Assembly: GCA_040768125.1 (NCBI GenBank)
Contig: JAXGNG010000002.1
Location: 42,759-106,758, forward strand
Direction: 5' to 3'
Length of the DNA: 64,000 nt
Origin: Spirochaetota bacterium
GTDB taxonomy: Bacteria > Spirochaetota > UBA4802 > UBA5550
A program made the position numbers and the translations under genes. Below, piece after piece: positions 37,499 to 47,675 of this stretch. How positions within the stretch are numbered: the first letter of the stretch is position 1; each line of letters begins with the position of its first letter. The notes under the pieces were generated by a model, which was not told where the DNA came from, ran no database searches, and saw only the letters and a program-made list of their open reading frames with translations.

Positions 37499-37996
37499 TC
37501 AGCACCTTGTGACCGGTATTTTTTTTCCGCAGAGGGTGATATAGTACGCGCCATTCTCTTCGTCGAGGCGCTCCATGACATGGTAGAAGGGCGAATGCCT
37601 GAATTTGGCGGCGAGCCTGCCGTCCCTGACGCGGCAGTAGAGGGTGTCGTTCCGGTATTCCAGTGTTTCCGGGTCCAGGGCCTCGGAAGCCCCCGTCGTG
37701 AGGTTGATCGTCACGGTTTCCCATTCACCGAAGCCCCGGAAGGAAACGCCGGTGACGAATACCGGTGCGTCCTCCACGACGATCGGGTAGGTGTACGGCC
37801 CGTAGTGGATGACGTGGATCCCCTCCCGCGTGACGTCGATGGACCGGTTGAAGAAATCGATGATCTTCCTGTTGGTGAAGGGCTCGCCGTTGTGGAACCA
37901 GTTCCCGTTTTTATCCAGGCGTATCTCGTCGATGGCTTCACCGCGGTCAAGAATTTCCCGTATCTCCTCCGGCAGCTCGGGGTAGGCGTCGGTCAT
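37499..37996 (-). CDS. DUF1285-like hypothetical protein
   Basis: Motifs IRLDKNGNWFHNG, PIVVEDAP and YCRVRDGRLAAKF. Confidence 0.65.
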   Translation of the reverse strand: MTDAYPELPEEIREILDRGEAIDEIRLDKNGNWFHNGEPFTNRKIIDFFNRSIDVTREGIHVIHYGPYTYPIVVEDAPVFVTGVSFRGFGEWETVTINLTTGASEALDPETLEYRNDTLYCRVRDGRLAAKFRHSPFYHVMERLDEENGAYYITLCGKKIPVTRC

Positions 37997-38050
37997 GTTT
38001 TCTCCTCTTGTTCAGGCGGAATCGACGTCTCGCTGCGTTTCCTTGCGAGG

Positions 38051-39208
38051 TCAGACCCGGATCATAGGGTCCGTCAGCTTGCCGTGTTCCTCCAGGGCGA
38101 ACCGATCGGTCATCCCCGCGATGTAATCGGTCGCCGTGAGCACCACTCCGTCCTTCTGGCAGCGCTTCTGGTACTCATCGGGAAGGGTGTCTGGATGCTC
38201 CGTGTATATATGGAAGAGATCGCGTATCACCTTCTCCGCCTTTATGGTCATTCTCGCCACGCGGTAATGCAAATAGAGGCGTTCCATCAGCATCGACTTC
38301 AGCTCGCCGTTGGCTTCGGCGATCTCCGGCGAAAAGGTCACGATCTTTTCCGGCGCCCGGGCGACGTCCCCGGCATAGGTTATCGAAAAGAGCTTCAGCC
38401 TCGCCACGGTGTGCTCGATCAGGTCCGTCACCAGGATGTCGATGATGGCGCGGATGATGCCGTGCCGGGCCATTCCCCGGTCGTCCCCCCCGGCGCGTCC
38501 ACGGTGTGCCTCCCCCATTTCCCAGAGCTTCAGCTTCTTCACCTCCCCCGGCAGGAGTATTCCCGAGGAGAGGCCGTCGTCCAGGTCATGGTTGTTGTAG
38601 GCGATCTCGTCGGCAAGGTCGATGATCTGGGCCTCCAGGGATGGCATGGTGCCGGGTGAAAAGTCCCGGTACTCGGGATGGTCATGGGCGGAGGAGTGCT
38701 TGATGATTCCCTCGCGGGTCTCCCATGTGAGGTTGAGGCCGTCGAAATCGGGATAGCGCTTCTCGAGCCTGTCAACAACGCGGAGGCTCTGGCGGTTGTG
38801 CTCGAATCCGCCGTTGTCTTTAAGAAGGCGGTTCAGCTCCCGCTCTCCGGCGTGTCCGAAGGGGGTATGGCCGAGATCGTGGGCGAGGGCGATACCCTCT
38901 GCGAGGTCCTCGTTCAGGCGCATGGCCCGGGCGATGCTGCGGGCGATCTGCGCCACCTCGATGGTGTGGGTCAGGCGTGTGCGGTAATGATCGCCCTCGT
39001 GGTTGATGAAGACCTGGGTCTTGTATTCGAGGCGCCTGAAGGCGCGGGAGTGGATGATGCGCTCCCGGTCCCGCTGGAATTCAGTGCGGTAGGGGTGGGG
39101 ATCCTCGGGGAAGCGTCGTCCCCTCGTGGCGGAGGAAAGGGACGCGAAGGGCGCCAGGCGCCTCTTCTCGTCCTCCTGGAGGAATGCACGGTCGACCCTC
39201 ATCGTCAT
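38051..39208 (-). CDS. dgt: Deoxyguanosinetriphosphate triphosphohydrolase-like HD protein
   Basis: Motifs FQRDRERI, FRRLEYKTQVF, RTRLTHT, HDLGHTPFGHAGE and DYIAGMTD. Confidence 0.96.
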   Translation of the reverse strand: MTMRVDRAFLQEDEKRRLAPFASLSSATRGRRFPEDPHPYRTEFQRDRERIIHSRAFRRLEYKTQVFINHEGDHYRTRLTHTIEVAQIARSIARAMRLNEDLAEGIALAHDLGHTPFGHAGERELNRLLKDNGGFEHNRQSLRVVDRLEKRYPDFDGLNLTWETREGIIKHSSAHDHPEYRDFSPGTMPSLEAQIIDLADEIAYNNHDLDDGLSSGILLPGEVKKLKLWEMGEAHRGRAGGDDRGMARHGIIRAIIDILVTDLIEHTVARLKLFSITYAGDVARAPEKIVTFSPEIAEANGELKSMLMERLYLHYRVARMTIKAEKVIRDLFHIYTEHPDTLPDEYQKRCQKDGVVLTATDYIAGMTDRFALEEHGKLTDPMIRV

Positions 39209-41253
39209 TCCCTGCTCAGTTCGGCCTCGTAGGCCTGGGTGGCGGCCCTGCGGTTTAACCTGATTTCCTCGTTCCCAGGGTCTTCCTCCACGCCCCGCGT
39301 GAAGGCCTGAAGGGCCTTGCGGTACATCCGCTTTTTATAGTAGGACTTGCCGATATGGTTATAGGCGTCCGCGACGAGCTTGTTATCCGGCGTGCCCTTG
39401 ACCACCTGGAAGAAGGTGTCAATGGCGCTGTCGTACATATCCCGCTTCATCTGGATGATACCCAGGGCGAAGAGGGCCTCGGGGTCGCCGGGTTTCATGA
39501 GGAGGGCCTTCTGTATCTCGTTCATTGACCGGGCGAGCGCTTCCTCCCCCGATCCGGTTTTCGATGTCAGTATCGCCTTGTTGATGAGGGCCCTCCGGGC
39601 CAGGTCTGAGTTCGGATCAAGCTCGATAACCCTTTCGTAGGCGCTCATGGCGTAGTCATAGTTGCCGCGCTTGTAGTACATGGTGGCCATCTTGAAGTGC
39701 GGTTCCTGGATCCGCGGCCACTTCCCGATGATCCGCCGGTACTCCTCCTCGGCAAGATCGTTGAAGCCCCGCTCGTAGTAGTAGTCGGCGATGGCCAGGG
39801 GGGCCGCGTGCTTCTCCGGGTTCAGTTCGGCGGCCTTCTTCCACGAGGTGATGGCGAGCTCCGGCTTCCCCGCGTTCTTGTAGGCGATGCCCAGGTCGTA
39901 GTACGCCGCGTCGTCCTTCGGGCTGATGGCCAGGGCCTTCCGATAGGCATTGATCGCCTCGTCGAATCGCTGGGCGTCGTCCAGGATGATCCCCATGTTC
40001 AGGTAGGCCACGCGCGCGTTCTCAGTGGCGGGCTCGATCTCCGTGATCCGGCGGTAGGCGTCGTAGGCGCTGTCAAGCTCGCCCTTCTCGTAATGGATGC
40101 GGGCGATCTGCGACAGTATCCTGACATTGCGCTCGTTTCCCTTTCGTATGCGCTCGAAGATATTGAGGCTCCTGTCGTACTCCTTCATGGCGAGGTACTC
40201 CTCGCCGATTCTTTCCAGAAGGGCGTTGTCCCCGCGCCCCATTTCCTCGGCCCTGGCGAATTCCTCCGCGGCCTCCGTGGTTTTTTTCTGGCGCAGGTAG
40301 GCGATGCCCAGGTTGTAGTGGTTCACGGCGTCGCCGGGGCGTATCGTCACCGCCTCTTTCAGGTATTGTTCCGCTTCTCCCAGGTTGCCCCGTTCAAGCT
40401 GCATCACGCCGAGACGGGAATATGATCGGTGTGCGACCTCGCCGATGCGGTCCTCCGTCGCGGCCTTCTTGAAGTGCTCCGCCGCGGCGAATTCGTCTCC
40501 CTTCTTTAAAAGGGCCCAGCCGAGGTTGTAGTGGGCCCTGGGGTTGTCCGGCGCCTGTTCGAGGACGTCGCGGTAGGCGCCGATCGCCTCGTCGTACCGG
40601 CCCGATTCCGAGTAGATGTTGCCGAGAAGGAGCCGCGAGTCGGGATCCTTCGCGCCCAGGGTCACCGAGCGCCGGGCGGCCTCGAGGGCGCCCTCCATGT
40701 CCTTTTTATGCCGCAGGGCGAGGGAGAGGTTCTTGTGTATGTCGGGGTTCGTGTCGTCGTACCTGAGGGCGCGGTTGAAGAATTCCACGGCCTTGTCGTA
40801 CTCGCCCCGGTCGTCGCTGATCATGCCGAGGTAGGCGAGGGCGATCGCCTTGTCGCGGTCCGCCGCGTCCGATTCCACCACGCCGTTGAATTCCGTCGTG
40901 GCGTCGGCAAGATACCCGCGGGCGTAGCTCTCCTTGCCCCGCTGTATGCCGGGATGATCGGAGGTCAGGGCGCCCTCCCGTGATATTCCCTCGAAGGTCG
41001 AGCCCGATGTTTCTCCCGAGGAGAGAAATCCGGACGGTTTCTTGAATACGAACTGCGTGAGGACCAGTATCAGGATGATGAGAAACGCGGCGATCGACGA
41101 GAGAATGATGATCGGCTTTTTATCGAGGGCCGGGCGCGCCTTCGGCCCCTCATTCTCAATGGAAATGCCGCTGATCCTGTTTTTTTCCAGATTGAGCTCG
41201 TCCCGATCGAAGCCGTTTCCCGGAGTACCGGGCTTCTGGGTATCCTGCATCAC
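39205..41253 (-). CDS. Membrane-anchored multi-TPR protein
   Basis: A single TM (IILSSIAAFLIILILVL) followed by many TPR motifs (AHYNLG, AYLNMG, AYYDLG). It overlaps both nusB and dgt. Confidence 0.9.
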   Translation of the reverse strand: MMQDTQKPGTPGNGFDRDELNLEKNRISGISIENEGPKARPALDKKPIIILSSIAAFLIILILVLTQFVFKKPSGFLSSGETSGSTFEGISREGALTSDHPGIQRGKESYARGYLADATTEFNGVVESDAADRDKAIALAYLGMISDDRGEYDKAVEFFNRALRYDDTNPDIHKNLSLALRHKKDMEGALEAARRSVTLGAKDPDSRLLLGNIYSESGRYDEAIGAYRDVLEQAPDNPRAHYNLGWALLKKGDEFAAAEHFKKAATEDRIGEVAHRSYSRLGVMQLERGNLGEAEQYLKEAVTIRPGDAVNHYNLGIAYLRQKKTTEAAEEFARAEEMGRGDNALLERIGEEYLAMKEYDRSLNIFERIRKGNERNVRILSQIARIHYEKGELDSAYDAYRRITEIEPATENARVAYLNMGIILDDAQRFDEAINAYRKALAISPKDDAAYYDLGIAYKNAGKPELAITSWKKAAELNPEKHAAPLAIADYYYERGFNDLAEEEYRRIIGKWPRIQEPHFKMATMYYKRGNYDYAMSAYERVIELDPNSDLARRALINKAILTSKTGSGEEALARSMNEIQKALLMKPGDPEALFALGIIQMKRDMYDSAIDTFFQVVKGTPDNKLVADAYNHIGKSYYKKRMYRKALQAFTRGVEEDPGNEEIRLNRRAATQAYEAELSRE

Positions 41254-41678
41254 GAAGTCTCCTGTTGCTCCACTTTGATTTCGTTTTTCCGTACCGCGTC
41301 GAGGATGCCGTTTATGAACTGGCCGGAGCCTTCGCCGCCGTAGATCTTGCCCAGCTCGATCGCCTCGTTGATCGTGACGATGACGGGAATATCGTTCAGG
41401 TACAGCATGGCGTAAATGGATAATCGAAGGATGGACTTGTCAACGGTGCTGAGCCGCTCGAATTTCCAGTTCCTGGAGTGCCGTACTATCCGCTCGTCGA
41501 TTTCATCCATGTGCGCGATGGAGCCCCGTATGAGGGTGACGGCGAATTCCCGGATGGGATCGGGGATCGGGGTGTCAACCCATGCGAGGCCGACGAGCTC
41601 TTCAACGGGCGTCGATGCCACCGCATGCATGTAGAGTCCCTGGAGGGCGTACTCCCTGGCTTTTCTTCTGTGACCCAT
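41250..41678 (-). CDS. nusB: Transcription antitermination factor NusB
   Basis: Motifs RRKAREYALQGLY, VDKSILRL, INEAIELGK and FINGILD. Confidence 0.97.
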   Translation of the reverse strand: MGHRRKAREYALQGLYMHAVASTPVEELVGLAWVDTPIPDPIREFAVTLIRGSIAHMDEIDERIVRHSRNWKFERLSTVDKSILRLSIYAMLYLNDIPVIVTINEAIELGKIYGGEGSGQFINGILDAVRKNEIKVEQQETS

Positions 41679-42142
41679 TATTCGAGCTGTTTATAGAGGC
41701 TCGCCATCTCGATCGCGCTCATCGCGGCGTCGAAACCCTTGTTACCGGACTTCGTTCCGGCGCGTTCGATCGCCTGTTCGATGGTGTCGGTGGTGAGTAC
41801 GCCGTAAATGACCGGCACCTTCGTGGCCATGCCGATCGCGGCGACTCCCTTCGACACCTCGGCGGCGACGTAATCGAAGTGGGGCGTCGATCCCCGGATC
41901 ACGGCCCCGAGGCAGATGACCGCGTCGTATTTTTTCGATTCGGCCAGGAGCCGCGCAACGGGGGGAATCTCGAACGATCCCGGCACCCAGATCACGGAGA
42001 TATCGTTATCTCCCGCGTTGTGCCGTTTCAGACAATCGACGGCTCCTCCAAGAAGCTTGTTGGTGATGAACTCGTTGAACCTGGATACGACGATGGCGAA
42101 GGTGGTGCCCGTCGCGTCGATCTTACCCTCGAGATATTTCAT
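41678..42142 (-). CDS. ribH: 6,7-dimethyl-8-ribityllumazine synthase
   Basis: Motifs [26 protein letters not shown] and GNKG. Confidence 0.98.
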   Translation of the reverse strand: MKYLEGKIDATGTTFAIVVSRFNEFITNKLLGGAVDCLKRHNAGDNDISVIWVPGSFEIPPVARLLAESKKYDAVICLGAVIRGSTPHFDYVAAEVSKGVAAIGMATKVPVIYGVLTTDTIEQAIERAGTKSGNKGFDAAMSAIEMASLYKQLE

Positions 42143-42246
42143 GGCCCTGGACCCCTGCGAATGGTTTCCTCAGATGAGGATTGTTTTCAGCGAAAGTCAA
42201 GCCTTTTTTACGCGCCTGAGACGCCGCTTCCCCGTTGCGTGGCCCC

Positions 42247-43014
42247 TTACGAGGGGTGCTGCATCTTCGCGCCGAGTTCGAGGAGGGCGCGCGTCTGGGG
42301 ATGGAACATGATATTGAACAGGGGTTCCCATTCCTCGTCCCTTAGGCGCTGGCGCATCCTGTTTTCGTACGGTTTGCGAAGCGATCCCTTGAGCAGCCTG
42401 AAGGCCCGCCCGGGGTTGTCGATCCACTGGGACACCACCTGCTTGGCCCTGGGGATCATGTCCGCCTCCTCGGCGATTTCGTCGACGATCCCGATCTCCT
42501 TCGCCTTCTGGATGTCGTAGAGCTCGCCGAAATACATCACGTCCCGGTAGGTGCGGTCGCTGTCGAGGCCGAAGCGCACGACCTCGGTCTGGACGATGGA
42601 AAGCCCGAGGCCGATCTTGATCTCGTTCATGCCGAGCTTTATCTTGGGATGGTTCTTGACGATCCGGTAATCAGCCGCCATGGCGGTGATGAATCCCCCC
42701 GCGACGGCGGCGCCGTTGAGGGCCGCCACGACGGGCTTGGTGCAGGTGAAGAGGTTGATCAGTATCTCCTCTTCCTTCCTGAAGAACGCCACGACTTCCT
42801 CGAGGTCCTTGAAGCCCAGGAACATCGGCAGATCGAAGCCGGAGGAAAAGGTCTTTCCTGCCCCGGTGAGTACCAATCCCTTGAGTTCGTCGTTTTCATT
42901 CAGATTGCGCACGATCTCATCCAGTGTTTCGAGGGCCTTTTCCGTGATGGAGTTGGTCTTGCCGTATTCGATGGTGGCGATGATGACGCCGTCTTCCACG
43001 CGCTGCTGTATCAT
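42247..43014 (-). CDS. Enoyl-CoA hydratase/isomerase (crotonase) family protein
   Basis: Motifs FSSGFDL, AALNGAAVAGG and MNEIKIG. The single conserved Glu suggests an isomerase. Confidence 0.9.
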   Translation of the reverse strand: MIQQRVEDGVIIATIEYGKTNSITEKALETLDEIVRNLNENDELKGLVLTGAGKTFSSGFDLPMFLGFKDLEEVVAFFRKEEEILINLFTCTKPVVAALNGAAVAGGFITAMAADYRIVKNHPKIKLGMNEIKIGLGLSIVQTEVVRFGLDSDRTYRDVMYFGELYDIQKAKEIGIVDEIAEEADMIPRAKQVVSQWIDNPGRAFRLLKGSLRKPYENRMRQRLRDEEWEPLFNIMFHPQTRALLELGAKMQHPS

Positions 43015-43225
43015 GGCGGTTCTCCTTGGACCCGGGGTTTGCCGGCCCGATGCGCGGATCCACCGGGGGGTGTGGAGTCGCGATCCGACGTCGTGCCGTT
43101 CTTCATGTCATCCCGCAGGGCCTCGATTTAGACAAGGAAAAAATGGAAAATGAGGTATTTTTCTCATTGCGGTCCGCCGGGAGCGCCGATACTATTAATA
43201 GCGATTCCATACCAAGGGTGGCGCC

Positions 43226-43822
43226 GTGAAAATTCGCATCCTCATCGTAACGCTCGGCTTCCTCGTGTCGGTTCTCTGCGCCCTCGCTGCCCAGGAGGGC
43301 GGACGGCCCGCCGGTGACGACGACTCCGTGCGGGATCCCCGGATCCCGGGGCTCCATGCCCGGCTTGTCGCCGCAGTGAAAAAGCTGAACCTGCGCGCCG
43401 CGGGAGGAAACGAGATCCTCGTCACGCTGGAGTCCGGCGCCCGCTTCGATCCGATCGACCTTGTGTGGCTCGTCGTGAGAAGGACGGCTAAATTCGTCAT
43501 GGCGCAGGACAGGATCGCCTCGATCGAATTCGGCTACTACCAGTTCAACATGAGCAACACCGTGCGCGAGGAGAAGAGCATATCCACCGCGACTCCCGGC
43601 AGCGAGGACCTCCGCCCCGTGAAGATAACCTACTCGGCCAGTACGGGGGAGAAGTACGCGTACGTACTGGGGGACCTCCAGAAAGTCGATTCCCGGAGGT
43701 CCGTGGCGGCCCAGTACCATGACCACTACCTTGCCCTGGTACTCCTCCTGGAGCAGTACAACAGCGGAAATATCAGGAAGGAGTCCCTCCGGATAGAACA
43801 GACGATCCAGCTCGGCGATTAG
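43226..43822 (+). CDS. Exported hypothetical protein
   Basis: Signal peptide MKIRILIVTLGFLVSVLCALA and host codon usage. Confidence 0.65.
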   Translation: MKIRILIVTLGFLVSVLCALAAQEGGRPAGDDDSVRDPRIPGLHARLVAAVKKLNLRAAGGNEILVTLESGARFDPIDLVWLVVRRTAKFVMAQDRIASIEFGYYQFNMSNTVREEKSISTATPGSEDLRPVKITYSASTGEKYAYVLGDLQKVDSRRSVAAQYHDHYLALVLLLEQYNSGNIRKESLRIEQTIQLGD

Positions 43823-43948
43823 TCCTGTCGACGCCCCCTTCGTGGCCAAAAAATTGTTGACAATGACCCCCCGCTAAAAATAGTAACCGTTGTCGGTCTC
43901 GCGATCCGTATCCGCGTCATGGGACGGGCCGAAGAAGAGGCCGCAATC

Positions 43949-44022
43949 GGGCGATTAGCTCAGCTGGTTAGAGCGCCTGCTCGACACGCAGGAGGTCACT
44001 GGTTCAACTCCAGTATCGCCCA
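43949..44022 (+). tRNA. tRNA-Val (anticodon GAC); CCA not encoded
   Basis: Acceptor stem GGGCGAT/ATCGCCC-A, D arm GCTC...GAGC, anticodon arm CCTGC-TCGACAC-GCAGG and T arm ACTGG-TTCAACT-CCAGT. Confidence 0.97.
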
Positions 44023-44278
44023 CAGGAGCGCGGGACAGTTACGTTTTTCTCCCCCCGGTCGTAAGCGGTGAAGAAGTCCGGAAGACGCCGCGGGGGTTGC
44101 GAGATCACAGCGATGAAGGGCCGCGGTCCCCGCAAAAAGGGGTCCCCGGCGCCCTCGATATCCCACCCGGATAGGAACACACCGCCGTCCCACGAACCTC
44201 CTGCCGTCCCAAGAGTCCCTGGCATCGCATCGCAGCATGTACGCGCCGGGGCAGGGGAGAGCCCCGGAGAAACGGGGA

Positions 44279-46222
44279 ATGAAATTCACAGGGAGCATTG
44301 GCGTGAGCGACACCGTCACATTGACCCTTCCCGACTCTTCCGCCGTCTCGGCTAGGAAGGGCGAGACGCTGTATGAGGTTGTCGGAAAAATCGGCGCGTC
44401 CCTCCAGAAGGCGGCCCTCGCGGCGCGCCTTGACGGTGAACCCGTGGACCTTTCCCTGAAGGCGGAGCGGGATGCCGCCTTCGAGGTGATCACCTTCGAT
44501 TCCCCGGGCGGAAGGGATCTCTTCTGGCATTCGGCCTCACATCTCATGGCCCAGGCGGTGAAGCGCCGTTATCCCGACGCGAAGTTCGCCATCGGTCCCG
44601 CCATCGAGGGGGGATTCTACTACGATATTGACATGAAGGCCGCGCTGTCCCCGGAGGACCTCCAGGGCATCGAGGCGGAGATGGAGAAGATCGTCGGCGA
44701 GGACCTCGAGGTGCGCCGCGAGGAGATGGGCCGCGAGGAGGCGATCGCCCTCTTCGACGGCGCCGGCGAAATATACAAGGTTGAGATGCTCGAGGAGATG
44801 CCCGGGGACAGTGTTTCGATCTACCGCCAGGGGGAGTTTTTCGACCTCTGCCGCGGGCCCCACGTCATGCGGACCTCCATGCTCGGGGCCTTCAAGCTCC
44901 TGTCGATCGCCGGGGCGTACTGGCGCGGTGACGAGAAGCGCAAAATGCTCCAGCGGATCTACGGCATCGCCTTTCCCGACAGGAAACGCCTGGAGGCGCA
45001 CCTGGCCATCATCGAGGAGGCGCGAAAGCGCGATCACCGTAAGCTGGGACGTGAGCTCGACCTGTTTTCATTCAGCAACGAGGTCGGTGCGGGTCTTCCC
45101 CTCTGGCACCCCCACGGGGCGGTGCTGCGCTATATCATTGAACGCTTTTCCACGGAGGAGCACCTGAAGCGGGGCTACCGTCTTTTCAGCGTACCCCATA
45201 TCGCCAAGGCCGACCTCTACCGCACGTCGGGGCATCTTGATTTTTACAGCGACAACATGTATTCGCCGATACGCATCGATGAGCAGGATTATTACCTGAA
45301 ACCGATGAACTGTCCCTCGCAGATCCAGATTTTCACCTCCTCTATCCGGAGTTACCGCGACCTTCCCTACCGCGGCTTCGAGATGGGGACCGTCTACCGT
45401 TACGAGCGGTCGGGCGTGCTCCATGGACTCACGAGGGTGCGCGGGTTCACCCAGGATGACGCCCATATTTTCTGCAGCGAGGACCAGATCGAGGACGAGA
45501 TCAGGAATGTCCTTGATTTCACCCTCTACATGCTCGATGTATTCGGATTCAGCGAGAGGAACATCTACCTTTCCACCCGGCCCGAGAAATCGGTCGGTTC
45601 AGACGCGGGGTGGGACCTCGCGACGTCGGCCCTGAAGAACACCCTGGACTCCGGCGGGATCGGGTACACCGTGGACCCCGGTGAGGGCGTGTTCTACGGC
45701 CCGAAGATAGACATCAAGATCAAGGACGCCCTGGGGCGGGAATGGCAGTGCAGCACCATCCAGGTTGATTTCAACCTTCCCGAGCGATTCGACATAAACT
45801 TTATCGGCCGGGACGGGGCAAAGCATCGCCCCATCATGATACACCGGGCCCTTCTCGGTTCGCTGGAAAGGTTCATCGGAATCCTGATAGAGCATTACGG
45901 GGGGAAATTCCCCGTGTGGCTTGCCCCCGTGCAGGTGATGCTGATAAACGTTTCCGAGCAGGAGGCCGCCGCCGCCGGAGGGGTGAGACAGCGGCTCCTG
46001 GATGCCGGGTTACGCACGGAGATCGACGGCCGTGACGAGTCGATGGGATACCGGGTGCGCGACGCGATCGGACGCAGGGTTCCCTATATCGCGGTCATCG
46101 GGAAAAAGGAAATCGAGGAAGGAACGGTCTCTCTCAGGAAGAGGGGAGAGAACAGTTCTAAGCCCGTCAGCGTTGACGACCTGATTGGAATGATACTGGC
46201 CGATCAGGAGGCAAAGCGATAA
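44279..46222 (+). CDS. thrS: Threonine--tRNA ligase
   Basis: TGS domain and motifs HSASHLMA, DLCRGPH, RDHRKLG, KPMNCP, RVRGFTQDDAH and MIHRA. The exact start is uncertain (44279 or 44302 region). Confidence 0.97.
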   Translation: MKFTGSIGVSDTVTLTLPDSSAVSARKGETLYEVVGKIGASLQKAALAARLDGEPVDLSLKAERDAAFEVITFDSPGGRDLFWHSASHLMAQAVKRRYPDAKFAIGPAIEGGFYYDIDMKAALSPEDLQGIEAEMEKIVGEDLEVRREEMGREEAIALFDGAGEIYKVEMLEEMPGDSVSIYRQGEFFDLCRGPHVMRTSMLGAFKLLSIAGAYWRGDEKRKMLQRIYGIAFPDRKRLEAHLAIIEEARKRDHRKLGRELDLFSFSNEVGAGLPLWHPHGAVLRYIIERFSTEEHLKRGYRLFSVPHIAKADLYRTSGHLDFYSDNMYSPIRIDEQDYYLKPMNCPSQIQIFTSSIRSYRDLPYRGFEMGTVYRYERSGVLHGLTRVRGFTQDDAHIFCSEDQIEDEIRNVLDFTLYMLDVFGFSERNIYLSTRPEKSVGSDAGWDLATSALKNTLDSGGIGYTVDPGEGVFYGPKIDIKIKDALGREWQCSTIQVDFNLPERFDINFIGRDGAKHRPIMIHRALLGSLERFIGILIEHYGGKFPVWLAPVQVMLINVSEQEAAAAGGVRQRLLDAGLRTEIDGRDESMGYRVRDAIGRRVPYIAVIGKKEIEEGTVSLRKRGENSSKPVSVDDLIGMILADQEAKR

Positions 46223-46420
46223 AAAACCGGTATGCCCCGCAGAAAACTAGTTGATTTTCATGGACAGTGCGGTGATTTTGTAAAATGTTCCATTCAGGGT
46301 GTCGATGTGCCGATCCCTGCGACCTTCGGGGTGGCGGGTTTCCCAGGTTGACAGCCTGCATGGCGCTCACGCGGCTACGGGGAATTAATACCGGGCCGAC
46401 ACTAACACAACGCAGGGGGT

Positions 46421-46987
46421 TTGCAACGCTTGGTTGACAAAGGAAGGCGATCCGGACCAGATAAATTCGACAAATACAACGTGAACGAGGAAATCAGGGC
46501 GCAGTCCGTGAGGCTCATACGCGATGGCACGGATCCGATCGTCATCGCAACCGACGAGGCGCTCAAAATGGCGAGGGCCGCGGAGATGGATCTCGTCGAG
46601 ATTTCGCCGAACCAGGATCCTCCCGTTGCGAAGATCATCGATTACAGCAAGTTCAAATTCGAGCAGCTGAAGAAGGCGAAAGAGGCGAAGAAGAAGCAGA
46701 AGGTCATTCACGTCAAGGAAGTCAAGATGCGGCCGAATATCGACTCCCATGATTTCGAGCACAAGGTCAAACGCGCGAAGGAATTCCTTGAAAAGGGCGA
46801 CAAGGTGAAATTCACCCTCATGTTCCGCGGAAGGGAGATGGTGCATCCCGAGCTCGGTTTTGACGTGATGAAAAGGGTCAAGGAGCAGCTCGAGGAAATG
46901 GTCGTCATTGAAAAGGACATGTCACAGGAAGGAAGGAATATAACGATGTTCGTCTCGGGGAAACCGGGATTCGTCAAGGGTAAATAA
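46421..46987 (+). CDS. infC: Translation initiation factor IF-3 (non-AUG start, TTG)
   Basis: Motifs VNEEIRA, DLVEISP, KIIDYSKFKFE and GDKVK...FRGRE. Confidence 0.96.
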   Translation: MQRLVDKGRRSGPDKFDKYNVNEEIRAQSVRLIRDGTDPIVIATDEALKMARAAEMDLVEISPNQDPPVAKIIDYSKFKFEQLKKAKEAKKKQKVIHVKEVKMRPNIDSHDFEHKVKRAKEFLEKGDKVKFTLMFRGREMVHPELGFDVMKRVKEQLEEMVVIEKDMSQEGRNITMFVSGKPGFVKGK

Positions 46988-47006
46988 CGGGAGAGGAGTC
47001 GGGACA

Positions 47007-47204
47007 ATGCCGAAGATAAAATCCAACAGCGGGGCAAAGAAGAGGTTCCGCATTACCAGGAAAGGGAAGGCGATAAGCGCGAAATCGCACAAGAGCCATC
47101 TGCTCGAGGCGAAGTCGCCCAAGAGGAAGCGCAGGCTGAGGGGTACCTCCGTCAACAGCGCATCCGAGACGGGAAGGATCAAGCGGATGCTTCCCTACGC
47201 CTGA
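47007..47204 (+). CDS. rpmI: 50S ribosomal protein L35
   Basis: MPKIKSNSGAKKRF, located between infC and rplT. Confidence 0.97.
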   Translation: MPKIKSNSGAKKRFRITRKGKAISAKSHKSHLLEAKSPKRKRRLRGTSVNSASETGRIKRMLPYA

Positions 47205-47299
47205 CGCGTGACGTGACCGGTGAGTCCGTGTCCATGCAGGCACGGGGCCCCCGTTCGCGGCGCGCAGCTATATAACATGATTTGCGGGAGAGAATGACC

Positions 47300-47656
47300 A
47301 TGCCGAGAGCAACAACGGGAAAAGTGCATCGCAGACGAAGCAGGAAAATATTAAAAGACGCCAAGGGATATATCGGGGCAAGGAGCACCATATACCGGAC
47401 GGCCAAGGACGCCAGAAGGAGGGCCCTTCAGAATTCCTATATCGACCGTAGAAGGAAAAAGCGGGAGTTTCGCGCCCTCTGGATCGTGAGGATCGCCGCC
47501 GCCGCCAGGATGTGCGGTATTTCATACAGCGCCCTGATGGCGGGTATGAAATCCTCGCAGATAGAGATAAACCGGAAGATGCTCGCCGATCTGGCGGCGA
47601 GGGACATGGCAGTGTTCAGGAAGCTTGTCGAGAAGGTAAGGGAAAAGGCAGCCTGA
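47300..47656 (+). CDS. rplT: 50S ribosomal protein L20
   Basis: Motifs AKGY, DRRRKKREFRALWIVRI and INRKMLADLA. Confidence 0.97.
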   Translation: MPRATTGKVHRRRSRKILKDAKGYIGARSTIYRTAKDARRRALQNSYIDRRRKKREFRALWIVRIAAAARMCGISYSALMAGMKSSQIEINRKMLADLAARDMAVFRKLVEKVREKAA

Positions 47657-47675
47657 CATCGCGTTCAGATCGAAC

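Noticed and set aside
43949-44278. tRNA-Val as an integration site, or a T-box leader for thrS
   Set aside because: I found no integrase, no duplicated tRNA 3' end and no T-box (GGTGGxACCGCG) consensus.
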